A model generated the notes under the pieces. It made no database searches. It was given only the letters and a program-made list of their open reading frames with translations, and was not told the origin of the DNA. Below, one piece after another: positions 38,458-46,660 of a stretch of DNA of 63,177 nucleotides. The stretch comes from an uncultured virus (IMG/VR IMGVR_UViG_3300037467_002795) (lineage: Duplodnaviria > Heunggongvirae > Uroviricota > Caudoviricetes): the IMG/VR virus record IMGVR_UViG_3300037467_002795. One strand, written 5' to 3'. The position numbers and the translations under genes are program-made. Each line of letters starts with the position of its first letter. Within the stretch, counting starts at the first letter, position 1.

Positions 38458-38856
38458 ATGCTGAGCAAACAACAATACCTAGACCTTCTCGTCCAAACCA
38501 GTCGCAAGGGCATGTTTCCGTCGCAAGATGGCTCGGGCTGCCTGTATCGAGGACCAAACGGGCGAAAGTGTGCAGTCGGGCTTTTGGTCCCGGATGAGTG
38601 CTTCGATAGAAGCATGAATAGTCTTTGTGCTTCTACTCTTTTTCAAAGACGTCCGGAATTACAAAGCATTATCCCGGATGGCATGAAGATTGAAGACATG
38701 ACCCGAATTCAACGCATTCACGACACACAACCTTTTGAGACCGACTGGAATCACGATGGGTTCGTAAGTCGACTCTTGGCACTGGAGTGTTTCCAGGGTC
38801 TCAAACCTTCGGTTGCTGCCGCCCAGGACAGCATCCCAGACCCGGCCATTAACTGA
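38458..38856 (+). CDS. Hypothetical protein, family P1
   Basis: YLDLLVQTSRKGMFPS..CLYRGPNGRKCAVGLLVPDE..IHD. Confidence 0.75.
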   Translation: MLSKQQYLDLLVQTSRKGMFPSQDGSGCLYRGPNGRKCAVGLLVPDECFDRSMNSLCASTLFQRRPELQSIIPDGMKIEDMTRIQRIHDTQPFETDWNHDGFVSRLLALECFQGLKPSVAAAQDSIPDPAIN

Positions 38857-38964
38857 CTACCCATCAACTTCGAAACTTTGGCGGGTTCACCGAACAGATG
38901 CTGTCGTTATTGACGGGGGAACTGACGGACATGACTGCTGTGTAGAAGAGTTTTACTGTTTCTA

Positions 38965-39070
38965 GCAGTCGACTCTGTCGACGGGAGTGAAACTCCGGCA
39001 GGAAAGTGAGCAGGGGTGGCCACAAAGCGAACCATGCAATCCCCCCTGTTAACACCTTCCCCTGCCGGAC
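38965..39070. repeat. Composite element: two hairpins + A + B' + A'
   Basis: GTCGAC-TCT-GTCGAC, GGAGT-GAA-ACTCC, GGCAGGAAAGTGAG ... GCAATCCCCCCTGTTAA ... CCTGCCGGA. Confidence 0.85.
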
Positions 39071-39127
39071 AGCCACTTGCTCAAACCATCCCAAAGACAC
39101 TTATGACTCCACCAGGGAGCGAAGCTC

Positions 39128-39619
39128 ATGTTTAGAACCGAAATCTCCCGCATCATTACCGACCTCCGATACGCCCTCTGTCCCCCGTCGCGGCCCGAGC
39201 AAGACGGCCGTCACAAGGGCATCATTTTCAACCTGACGTTGGACCTGAGCGATTACAGGGAAGATGGGACATCGAGCCTGCGGCAATTCGTCCAGATACT
39301 ATTTTGCGGGAACACGAGCGTCTTTTACCGCAAATCAGACTGGCCATTTACGAACCGTAATAATGAAATGGATTCATGGGTGAACACCTGCAATCATGAT
39401 AGCTGTTGGCGGAGCGACGGGCTCCGGGTCCTAAACCAGATGTATTTCGAAATGGCCGAAGCGGTGAACAGCGAAAAGGCCCCAATTTCACTGCACGACC
39501 ATTCAGGCCTCGGAGTCATCGGTTCCCAACTCTGGGACCTAGTCTGGGTTCAACATGAGCGGGACCCAGACGACCAGCACAGATACAAGCGACGGCTTGT
39601 GAAACTGGAGGCGAGATGA
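39128..39619 (+). CDS. Hypothetical protein
   Basis: Start preceded by a GAGC-GAA-GCTC hairpin. Confidence 0.65.
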   Translation: MFRTEISRIITDLRYALCPPSRPEQDGRHKGIIFNLTLDLSDYREDGTSSLRQFVQILFCGNTSVFYRKSDWPFTNRNNEMDSWVNTCNHDSCWRSDGLRVLNQMYFEMAEAVNSEKAPISLHDHSGLGVIGSQLWDLVWVQHERDPDDQHRYKRRLVKLEAR

Positions 39620-39831
39620 GCACGACTCAAACTTGCCCATCCTGCGGAAGTGAGATGGAGAAAAAGAACAGGAGGCGAATGAGCGACGAGCAAAAGTGGT
39701 GTGGCGAATGGTGGAATTGCCTGTGCCGCAATGGGAAACAGTGCAACTCGACCGTTCTGATTCCAAGTCAAGAACTCGAGTCATTTTTGACAAAACAGGC
39801 TCTGGTTTCCGACAGGGGGCGAAGCCCATGA
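39616..39831 (+). CDS. Small Cys-rich protein
   Basis: CPSC; coupled to both neighbours. Confidence 0.5.
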   Translation: MSTTQTCPSCGSEMEKKNRRRMSDEQKWCGEWWNCLCRNGKQCNSTVLIPSQELESFLTKQALVSDRGRSP

Positions 39832-40268
39832 ATTGGCAACATTCATTCATCGCCAGAATCGACCTCCCCGAAGTGCTAAAAATAGACCCAGAGTGGGACG
39901 AACAGACTTACCTTGCCGTACTCAAGCACCGCGTGGCCCGTGTTGCCCGGTGTCCGATTGGACACGGAATAGTCGGGGTGGTGGTGTACGGGGCGACTCG
40001 ACGCCTCCAGGAAGTCGACCGACTCCTGGTGGACCCCCAGTATCGGCGGTGCGGGGTGGGAACCGCCATGTTGCGCGACCTGGCGGCCCTCGGGCTTCGC
40101 AAGCACCGTCCGTGGATTGCCGGGTGGGTCGGCGAAGCCGATTTAGCCTCCCAGATTTGGCTCCGGGACCTCGGGGCCCAGGCTGTTTGTACGGAGGGAG
40201 ACCAGTATCGCTTCGTGCTCCAGTCGCGAGTTCTGGCGAACTCGCCTGTCGCACGGTCAATTTCTTGA
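39828..40268 (+). CDS. GNAT acetyltransferase, RimI-like paralog
   Basis: DLPEVLKID..VDPQYRRCGVGTAML. Confidence 0.75.
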   Translation: MNWQHSFIARIDLPEVLKIDPEWDEQTYLAVLKHRVARVARCPIGHGIVGVVVYGATRRLQEVDRLLVDPQYRRCGVGTAMLRDLAALGLRKHRPWIAGWVGEADLASQIWLRDLGAQAVCTEGDQYRFVLQSRVLANSPVARSIS

Positions 40269-40279
40269 AGGGGGCAACC

Positions 40280-40615
40280 ATGCATAAAGAACGACTGTTA
40301 AGGCTGGCCGACCTCCTCGACATAGTCCCGGCGGACCAGTTCAACTTATCGCACTGGAAGTGCGGAACCACAGCGTGCGCGGTCGGGTGGGCATGTACCA
40401 TCCCCGAATTTCAGGCCGAAGGACTACATCTTACTGATAACGACCCGGTCTTCGGGGATTTCGCCAGTTGGCCAGCGGTAAGGATGTTTTTTGAGCTTGA
40501 CAAGCAGGATGCCAACCATTTGTTTTTCGTCTGGGATTATCCAAACCGGAACAGAACCACACCCGCTGAAGTGGCAACTCGAATTCGGGAATTGGTCCTC
40601 GATTCAAGCAAGTGA
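40280..40615 (+). CDS. Hypothetical protein, family P2
   Basis: MHKERLLRLADLLD..FNLSHWKCGTTACAVGWA..EVATRIR. Confidence 0.75.
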   Translation: MHKERLLRLADLLDIVPADQFNLSHWKCGTTACAVGWACTIPEFQAEGLHLTDNDPVFGDFASWPAVRMFFELDKQDANHLFFVWDYPNRNRTTPAEVATRIRELVLDSSK

Positions 40616-40638
40616 CTCGACTTCCATTAGGAACAAAC

Positions 40639-41001
40639 ATGTACAAAGAACGATTGCTGAAACTGGCCGATTTCCTGGGCCAAGTTCCGGTCGAACAATT
40701 CGACCTGGCCCGGTGGCGATGTGACTCAAGTGCGTGCGCCGTAGGTTGGGCCTGCACAATGCCGGCCTTTATAGCCGAAGGCCTGAAAATCGCACACGAC
40801 GGCCTTGGGTGGTTTCCCGCCTTTAAAGGTCGAGGCGGCTGGGAAGCTGTGGACTTTTTTTTCGAGCTTAATCCTTATGACTCGGAATATTTGTTCGACG
40901 AAGGTTGTTACGATGGTGAAACGAAAGCGTCTCCCGCCGAAGTCGCCGACCGTATCCGAAAGTTCATAGAAAGTGGCGGCAAACGAGACGCTTGTAACTG
41001 A
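40639..41001 (+). CDS. Hypothetical protein, family P2
   Basis: MYKERLLKLADFL..CDSSACAVGWA..EVADRIR. Confidence 0.75.
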   Translation: MYKERLLKLADFLGQVPVEQFDLARWRCDSSACAVGWACTMPAFIAEGLKIAHDGLGWFPAFKGRGGWEAVDFFFELNPYDSEYLFDEGCYDGETKASPAEVADRIRKFIESGGKRDACN

Positions 41002-41021
41002 ACAGTCTCTTCGTGAATTAT

Positions 41022-41135
41022 TTCCGGCAGTTGACTTCGTCAACGGGAGTTTTGCTCCCACAGTTGGCGAAGCCGACAAGACCGGAGGTCCGGCAGGCGG
41101 CTTTGCCGCCGTCAGCGAAACTGACCAGGGAAGTC
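41022..41135. repeat. Tandem array of six short hairpins embedded in motif A fragments
   Basis: GTTGAC/GTCAAC, GGGAG/CTCCC, GTTGGC/GCCGAC, GACC/GGTC, GGCGGC/GCCGCC, GTCAG/CTGAC. Confidence 0.85.
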
Positions 41136-41183
41136 AGGATTCTTCAGGGACGATTTCGATTGTGCCAACCGGAGTGAAACGAC

Positions 41184-41552
41184 GTGAGATTTGACAGACT
41201 CACCCTCCTCGCCTCCTTCCTCGAATCCGACTGTGTGCCAGAGGCACACTTCCATCTGGAGAACTGGGAGTGCGGCACCACCGCGTGTGCGTGCGGCTGG
41301 GCCGCACGAATTCCCCAATTCAAGGAATCAGGATTCAAACTAAGCTCATTAGGTAATCCGCTCTTTGAAGAGTTTTCTCGCTGGGACGCCGTAATGAGGT
41401 TCTTTGAACTGACCAGGAGCCAGGCCGAGTACCTGTTTTTGGCCAGGTGTTACATAGGTGGCTACCAAACCACCAAGTGGGAAGTTGCCGAGCGTATTCG
41501 GGATTTCGTGGCGGCGAACCGCCTGACACCATCACTTACTATTGAGTGCTGA
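41184..41552 (+). CDS. Hypothetical protein, family P2
   Basis: DRLTLLASFLE..WECGTTACACGWA..EVAERIR. Confidence 0.75.
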   Translation: MRFDRLTLLASFLESDCVPEAHFHLENWECGTTACACGWAARIPQFKESGFKLSSLGNPLFEEFSRWDAVMRFFELTRSQAEYLFLARCYIGGYQTTKWEVAERIRDFVAANRLTPSLTIEC

Positions 41553-41582
41553 CGCACTCAAGCTATTCTAAAAAGACTTCTC

Positions 41583-41706
41583 GCAGTTGTCTCCGACGAC
41601 GGGAGCGAAGCTCCCACAGTCGGCTTTGCCGACAGGAACGTAGTTCCGGCAGGAGAGGGAGTATGGGGCGAACATCCAATCCCCCCTATTAAGCCTTTCT
41701 GCCGGA
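41583..41706. repeat. Composite element: four hairpins + A + B' + A'
   Basis: GGGAGC-GAA-GCTCCC, GTCGGC-TTT-GCCGAC, GGAAC-GTA-GTTCC, GGCAGGAGAGGG ... CCAATCCCCCCTATTAA ... TTCTGCCGGA. Confidence 0.9.
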
Positions 41707-41764
41707 GATTTTACTCCCGTCGGTTACGCCGACTCTCTGACTGACCCCCTAAATAAGGAGCATT

Positions 41765-42166
41765 ATGAGTTGCGAAATCAACAGTCCGAAGGACTGGTTT
41801 GAGGCCCTGGTCCAAGCCAGCCGCGACGGCCAGTTTCCCTCCAGAGACCCCGACAGAGGCTGTCGGTATCGGTGTGAGGACGGCCGCAGATGTGCGATTG
41901 GCTTTCTGATTCCGGACGAACAATATAGCCCCGAGCTTGAGGGAACGGGTTGCCGGGCCCTCATGAAGCTCAATCCCGGTCTTCTTCCGCCCTGGCTCAA
42001 CCCCGAAACGGGGACCATGGTTCAGTCTATTCACGACCGAATGGCCTACAAAATTGGCCACGGGGGACTGGGAGGGTGGGACCACTCACAGTTTGTCCGC
42101 GACCTACTCGATGTGCCGCTCTTTGCGGGAATGCCGCTGCCGGAGGACTGGTCGGGACCGAACTAA
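41765..42166 (+). CDS. Hypothetical protein, family P1
   Basis: LVQASRDGQFPS..CRYR..GRRCAIGFLIPDE..IHD. Confidence 0.75.
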   Translation: MSCEINSPKDWFEALVQASRDGQFPSRDPDRGCRYRCEDGRRCAIGFLIPDEQYSPELEGTGCRALMKLNPGLLPPWLNPETGTMVQSIHDRMAYKIGHGGLGGWDHSQFVRDLLDVPLFAGMPLPEDWSGPN

Positions 42167-42420
42167 CAGACGGAGCTGTCGAACTCGGGTCATTCCAGCA
42201 CCCAGACCAGGCTTGTTATTTACTAGGCGCCGAGGACCACGGATTGAACCCGACCGCTTTGGCGGCTTGTCATGAAGTAGTCGTGCTTCCGGGTCTGCGA
42301 ATATGCTTGAATGTCGCAACGGCTGGCTCGATTGTGTTGTGGGACCGGCTCAATAAGGGGAATTGGAAGTATGGGCCTGCCCACGCGACCAAAATGAAAG
42401 CGGTTCGACATCAGCTTTGA
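42148..42420 (+). pseudogene. C-terminal fragment of a SpoU/TrmH RNA methyltransferase
   Basis: LVGTEL..F.HP..YLLGAEDHGL..CLNVATAGSIVLWDR SPOUT motifs; no N-terminal half and no start codon of its own. Confidence 0.7.
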
Positions 42421-42446
42421 CCAGGGGTGGATGGACTGCGTTAAAT

Positions 42447-42537
42447 TTCCGGCAGGAAAGGGACATGGCAATATCCATCCAATCCCCCTTATTAACCTTC
42501 TCTGCCGGAACTACGTTCTCGCCAGCTCCGTTGACTG
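42447..42537. repeat. Composite element A + B' + A' + reverse hairpins
   Basis: TTCCGGCAGGAAAGGG..CCAATCCCCCTTATTAA..TCTGCCGGAAC-TAC-GTTCT. Confidence 0.85.
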
Positions 42538-42565
42538 CTCGATTGACTACTTATTGGAGAAGTTT

Positions 42566-43513
42566 ATGTCCTACACGATGACCGCTGCCGACCTGTTCGC
42601 CGGACTAGGCGGAAATACCGAAGGAGCGGCCCAGGCTGGGGTTCACGTAGTGGTCGCAGCTAATCACCTGCCCCATGTTGTTGAGACCCACGCGAGGAAT
42701 CATCCCGAGACCTCGCACTATACACAAGACCTTCAGCAGGCCAACTTCGGCACCTGGCCCGACTTCGACCTCCTTCTCGCCAGTCCCTGCTGTCAAGGTT
42801 TCAGCAACGCGAGGGGCAAGGATAAGCCCCAGCACGACGTAAGTCGGTCCACTGCGTGGGCAGTTGTCTCGGCGACCGAGGCGAAAAAGCCCAAATTCTT
42901 GATGGTGGAGAACGTGCTGGGCTTCCGGCGGTGGACACTGTTCCCGCAATGGAAATCGTGCCTGGAAAACTTGGGGTACGTCCTACACGAGAACGTCCTG
43001 GACGCGGCCGACTTCGGTGTCCCCCAGGAGCGGGAGAGGTTGTTCGTGACCGGTGTCCACCGGTCCGTATCCGACTGCCCGGCGGTGGTCTCCCGGCCGG
43101 GGCTCGACCGGATACCAGCCTCGGCCATTATCGACTGGAATTTTGACTGCTGGAGCCTCGTCGACAAGCCAGGACGAGCCGAAGCCACCCTTCAGCGAAT
43201 CGCTAACGGTCGCCGACAGTTCGGACCTCGATTTGTTGCCCCTTTCTACGGGAGCGGGTCTGGGACGACCGGCCGGAGCCTGGACCGTCCTCTCGGAACA
43301 ATTACCCGGAAGGACAGATGGATGCTGGTTGACAACGACCGGTGCCGGATGCTCCAGCTCCACGAGAACCGCCGCGGGATGGGGTTCCGGGACGGCTACA
43401 TCTTACCTGACGACCCGAAAACGGCCCTGGCCATGCTCGGGAACGCGACCTGTCCGCCAGTTGTTCGTCGGGTAGTCCAAACTTTCCAGAAGTACGTGGG
43501 GAGTACCGCATGA
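42566..43513 (+). CDS. DNA (cytosine-5) methyltransferase
   Basis: DLFAGLGG (motif I), SPCCQGFS (IV), VENV (VI), PQERERLF (VIII), LGNA (X). Confidence 0.92.
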   Translation: MSYTMTAADLFAGLGGNTEGAAQAGVHVVVAANHLPHVVETHARNHPETSHYTQDLQQANFGTWPDFDLLLASPCCQGFSNARGKDKPQHDVSRSTAWAVVSATEAKKPKFLMVENVLGFRRWTLFPQWKSCLENLGYVLHENVLDAADFGVPQERERLFVTGVHRSVSDCPAVVSRPGLDRIPASAIIDWNFDCWSLVDKPGRAEATLQRIANGRRQFGPRFVAPFYGSGSGTTGRSLDRPLGTITRKDRWMLVDNDRCRMLQLHENRRGMGFRDGYILPDDPKTALAMLGNATCPPVVRRVVQTFQKYVGSTA

Positions 43514-43524
43514 CGGGCACATAG

Positions 43525-43614
43525 TCCGGCAGTCAGCCCTACTGACAGGACCGAAGGTCCAGCAGTCGGCTGAGCCAACCGGAGTGCAACTCCGGCAGGG
43601 AAGTGAGGTAGTCC
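43525..43614 (+). repeat. Composite element: four hairpins + A
   Basis: GGACC-GAA-GGTCC, GTCGGC-TGA-GCCAAC, GGAGT-GCA-ACTCC, GGCAGGGAAGTGAGGTAGTCC. Confidence 0.88.
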
Positions 43615-43722
43615 ATTGGCTTGCCCGTGAGCGAAGCGAACCTGATGGCCTCGCGAAGCGAGCAACAACGAGGCAACGTAATCAGCTCCGTGTTACAAAT
43701 TGACGATTCATAATACCCAGTT

Positions 43723-44169
43723 TTGGGAAACCCAGCTGTGACCGCAAAACCAATTTCCTCGACTCGCGACTGCCTCTGGCCCAAAACAGGACAGCTTGTT
43801 CGAAACGAACGACAGAGGCGTTGGGGACAGGTGGTCTGGGACGCCAGAAAGTGCCAATTCGAGTCTGGGCAACCAGAGCGTGTTTTGGTGTGGGATACCG
43901 AGCGGCGGGGCACAATGGACTGGCCGTTTGCGGACCTGTCGCTGGTCGTGGATAAAGGGAAAATCGTTTGGGAAGACCCCGGCCTGGCCACCCGCCTGGA
44001 CCAAGAGTGGCGAGAGGCAGAACGCCGAACGAACTGGGGACACGCTGACGAGCTCGGCGATTCACCGGGTAACGCCGACCAACCTGATTCGACCGAGGAA
44101 GTTCCAGTAACTGACCCTATTCCGGCAGTCGGCCTTGCCGACGGGACCGCAGGTCCGGCAGGGAAGTGA
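43723..44169 (+). CDS. Hypothetical protein whose C-terminus and stop lie in a repeat element
   Basis: Ends PAVGLADGTAGPAGK*; start uncertain. Confidence 0.5.
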   Translation: MGNPAVTAKPISSTRDCLWPKTGQLVRNERQRRWGQVVWDARKCQFESGQPERVLVWDTERRGTMDWPFADLSLVVDKGKIVWEDPGLATRLDQEWREAERRTNWGHADELGDSPGNADQPDSTEEVPVTDPIPAVGLADGTAGPAGK

Positions 44170-44223
44170 GGTAGTCCGTCGGATTGCAGCGGCGACAGCC
44201 ACCCATGCAATCCCCCCTATTAA
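44120..44223 (+). repeat. Composite element: two hairpins + A + B'
   Basis: GTCGGC-CTT-GCCGAC, GGACC-GCA-GGTCC, GGCAGGGAAGTGAGGTAGTCC ... GCAATCCCCCCTATTAA. Confidence 0.9.
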
Positions 44224-44239
44224 GCCGCGAGGAGCCATC

Positions 44240-44557
44240 ATGAAAAAGATTGTGGTTTACGACTATTACGGCCAGGCCGTTTACGTGGACGGCAAGTTAG
44301 CCGGATATTACGGACACAACAACGACTTTGATGTCGCAGAACTTTGTGGCCAGCTCGGTATTTCCTTCGAGGAACGCTCGGTACGGTGGGAAGACTGGCC
44401 GGGCCAAAAAGAAAATACGCGAGCGGTATACGACCCGCCCGTAAAGCTGGAGACCGTCGAGCAACATTTCGCGGAACTGAACCGTCAACGAAAAGTTGAC
44501 CGTCTGGAACAACTCAAAATGGAAGTGGCCAAACTGGAACAGGAACTGAGTCACTAA
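44240..44557 (+). CDS. Hypothetical protein
   Basis: GAGGAG RBS. Confidence 0.65.
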   Translation: MKKIVVYDYYGQAVYVDGKLAGYYGHNNDFDVAELCGQLGISFEERSVRWEDWPGQKENTRAVYDPPVKLETVEQHFAELNRQRKVDRLEQLKMEVAKLEQELSH

Positions 44558-44750
44558 AAAGGAGCAATTATGAGTTTCCCCCTCGCACCAGAGGATTTGG
44601 TCGACATGATTTACGAACGAGTCCGCGGCATGAACACCGCGGAACTGGTCGCGTTTTGGCGAAAGAATTTTGACGATGTCGATGTGCGGGAGTCTCAGAC
44701 TGGGACTGGGTGTGTCGCGGTGTTTGAAATCGCCGTCTGAGGAGGTGCCC

Positions 44751-44975
44751 GTGACCACCTTACTCCGAGACTACAAGGAAATCGACGCCCACCACGAAGT
44801 TTATTGTCGCCAGCGGGCCCAAATTGAGCTCCTGAACATCCTGCTCGAAGCGGAGCGGAACACGCCGGGTCACCGGATGAACCGCACGAACCGGCTCTGG
44901 CGACTCCGGGAAATTATCGAGCGGTATCCCGAGTTCGAATATTTAGCCGAAGGAGTTTTAGGTGACAAAACGTGA
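44751..44975 (+). CDS. Hypothetical protein
   Basis: GAGGAGGT RBS, GTG start. Confidence 0.55.
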   Translation: MTTLLRDYKEIDAHHEVYCRQRAQIELLNILLEAERNTPGHRMNRTNRLWRLREIIERYPEFEYLAEGVLGDKT

Positions 44976-45342
44976 ATATTTTGACCTACTGGTGCAGACA
45001 TCGGCGGCCGGCAAGTTTCCAGCGGGAGACCTTGCGGGATGCTACTACCGAGTCCCGGAAGATGTGACTAGTTGTGGCGACCGCTGTGCCGTTGGAGTGC
45101 TGATTCCAGACGAGGTTTACCGCAAGTCATTCGAAGAAGCCGGGCCGGTTAATTCCCTTTTTAAGACCTATCCTGACCTGGAGCAGTTTATCCCCGAAGG
45201 TCTAACCACTGAAGACCTGCGGCGGATTCAAGTTCGCCACGACCGACACAGTTCGCGGCCGTGGAATCACGACAGATTTGTGCAGGAACTGCTCGCGTTG
45301 GACTGTTTTCGAGAGTTCGACTCGGTGCGCAATGACCCGTAG
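44962..45342 (+). CDS. Hypothetical protein, family P1
   Basis: YFDLLVQTSAAGKFP..CYYR..CAVGVLIPDE..RHD. Confidence 0.75.
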   Translation: MTKREYFDLLVQTSAAGKFPAGDLAGCYYRVPEDVTSCGDRCAVGVLIPDEVYRKSFEEAGPVNSLFKTYPDLEQFIPEGLTTEDLRRIQVRHDRHSSRPWNHDRFVQELLALDCFREFDSVRNDP

Positions 45343-45607
45343 ACCCGAAGGTATGTTGCTTGAGGTGTTTTACTACTCCTCAGGAGTAGCTCTTCCTCTG
45401 GCAAAAGGTGATTGAGGTAGTCGGCAATGCGAGATGTTGACGCCTACTCCCTCTTCGACTGCCGGAGTAATACCGAGGTGAAAGGCCAATTTTCGATGCG
45501 GGCTCGCGTGAAAAATGCAGTGGTTTTTCTTAAGTCGTTGCGTAGCAAAGACAAGAAAAAGTGTCGATTTTTCCGACACATCAAAAATACTTGGGAGACC
45601 GTGCAAA

Positions 45608-46027
45608 ATGCACGATAAACTGACTCGCCAGGCCTATTTCGACCTGCTCGTCAAGACCAGTGCTGAGGGAGGCTTCCCGTCATGGGGCCTTGTTGACCCC
45701 GACTGCGGCGATGGGTGCCTTTATAGGGGTCCCGATGGTCGCCAGTGTGCAGTGGGACTCCTGGTACCCGACGAGCTTTACGCTGACTACATGGAAGATG
45801 TCAGGGCGGACCAACTATTCGAAGAGAATCCGGCTTTGCGACAGGTGATTCCCGAAGGGCTGACGGCTGGTGACCTGAGCGGAATCCAGAATGTCCACGA
45901 CGCTCTCGCGGGTCGGGTGTCGCACTATGGCGGGATATGGCCGCACGAGGAATTCGTGGCGAAGTTGTCAGGACTCGACTGTTTTCGTGGTTTGACTGTC
46001 TCTGCCAGTAGTTTTTGTATCAGTTAA
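45608..46027 (+). CDS. Hypothetical protein, family P1
   Basis: YFDLLVKTSAEGGFPS..CLYRGPDGRQCAVGLLVPDE..VHD. Confidence 0.75.
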   Translation: MHDKLTRQAYFDLLVKTSAEGGFPSWGLVDPDCGDGCLYRGPDGRQCAVGLLVPDELYADYMEDVRADQLFEENPALRQVIPEGLTAGDLSGIQNVHDALAGRVSHYGGIWPHEEFVAKLSGLDCFRGLTVSASSFCIS

Positions 46028-46033
46028 GGAGTA

Positions 46034-46234
46034 TTGATGACACTTGAAGAACGCCGGACTCGGCTAAATACCCTGTCCAAAGACCAGCTCATAAAGCTCC
46101 TGGAAAACATTCACGACCAACTTTACTTGTCAACCGAAAGCGGAGCGTCCTGCCTGGATTTTGATAGTCCGTGGAACGGAAGCGACATTTGCGAGGCTGT
46201 TACCTCGGTTTTTGACCAGATTCTTCCTCGTTAA
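46034..46234 (+). CDS. Hypothetical protein
   Basis: AAGGAG RBS. Confidence 0.55.
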   Translation: MMTLEERRTRLNTLSKDQLIKLLENIHDQLYLSTESGASCLDFDSPWNGSDICEAVTSVFDQILPR

Positions 46235-46248
46235 CCTGTGGAGCACCC

Positions 46249-46596
46249 ATGAACACGAACGGAACCATCAAGACCCGCCGCGTCAACGCTATGAAGAAGG
46301 CCGACGAGTACAAGTTCATGCAATGGCTTGATACCAAACGGGACTACTTGAGGAACCAGCGGCTGACGGCCCAGCAGATTGCCGAAGAAGCCACGAAGGC
46401 CGTCGGGGCGATGGTCACCCGCAATAACGTAGTCAGTGCGTGTCGGGCCCTGGAATTTTCACTGCCCAAGTCGAGCATCAACCGTGTCAGCAAGGCACGG
46501 CGACGAATTCAGGAGTTGGAAGCGAAGGTCGGAGAACTGGAAGCCCGACTCTCGCACCTCGAAGCACAGCTGGGCGTGACGGCTAAGGTCGCGTGA
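46249..46596 (+). CDS. HTH-like plus coiled-coil protein
   Basis: LTAQQIAEE..VTRNNV; C-terminal heptads. Confidence 0.6.
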   Translation: MNTNGTIKTRRVNAMKKADEYKFMQWLDTKRDYLRNQRLTAQQIAEEATKAVGAMVTRNNVVSACRALEFSLPKSSINRVSKARRRIQELEAKVGELEARLSHLEAQLGVTAKVA

Positions 46597-46614
46597 GTGC
46601 CGAAGGCACCTTTT

Positions 46615-46640
46615 GGCCCCGGTGAACTCCGGGGTCTTTT
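46615..46640 (+). terminator. Possible intrinsic terminator
   Basis: GGCCCCGG/CCGGGGTC stem plus TTTT. Confidence 0.55.
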
Positions 46641-46660
46641 CCATAAATGGAGATATTTAC

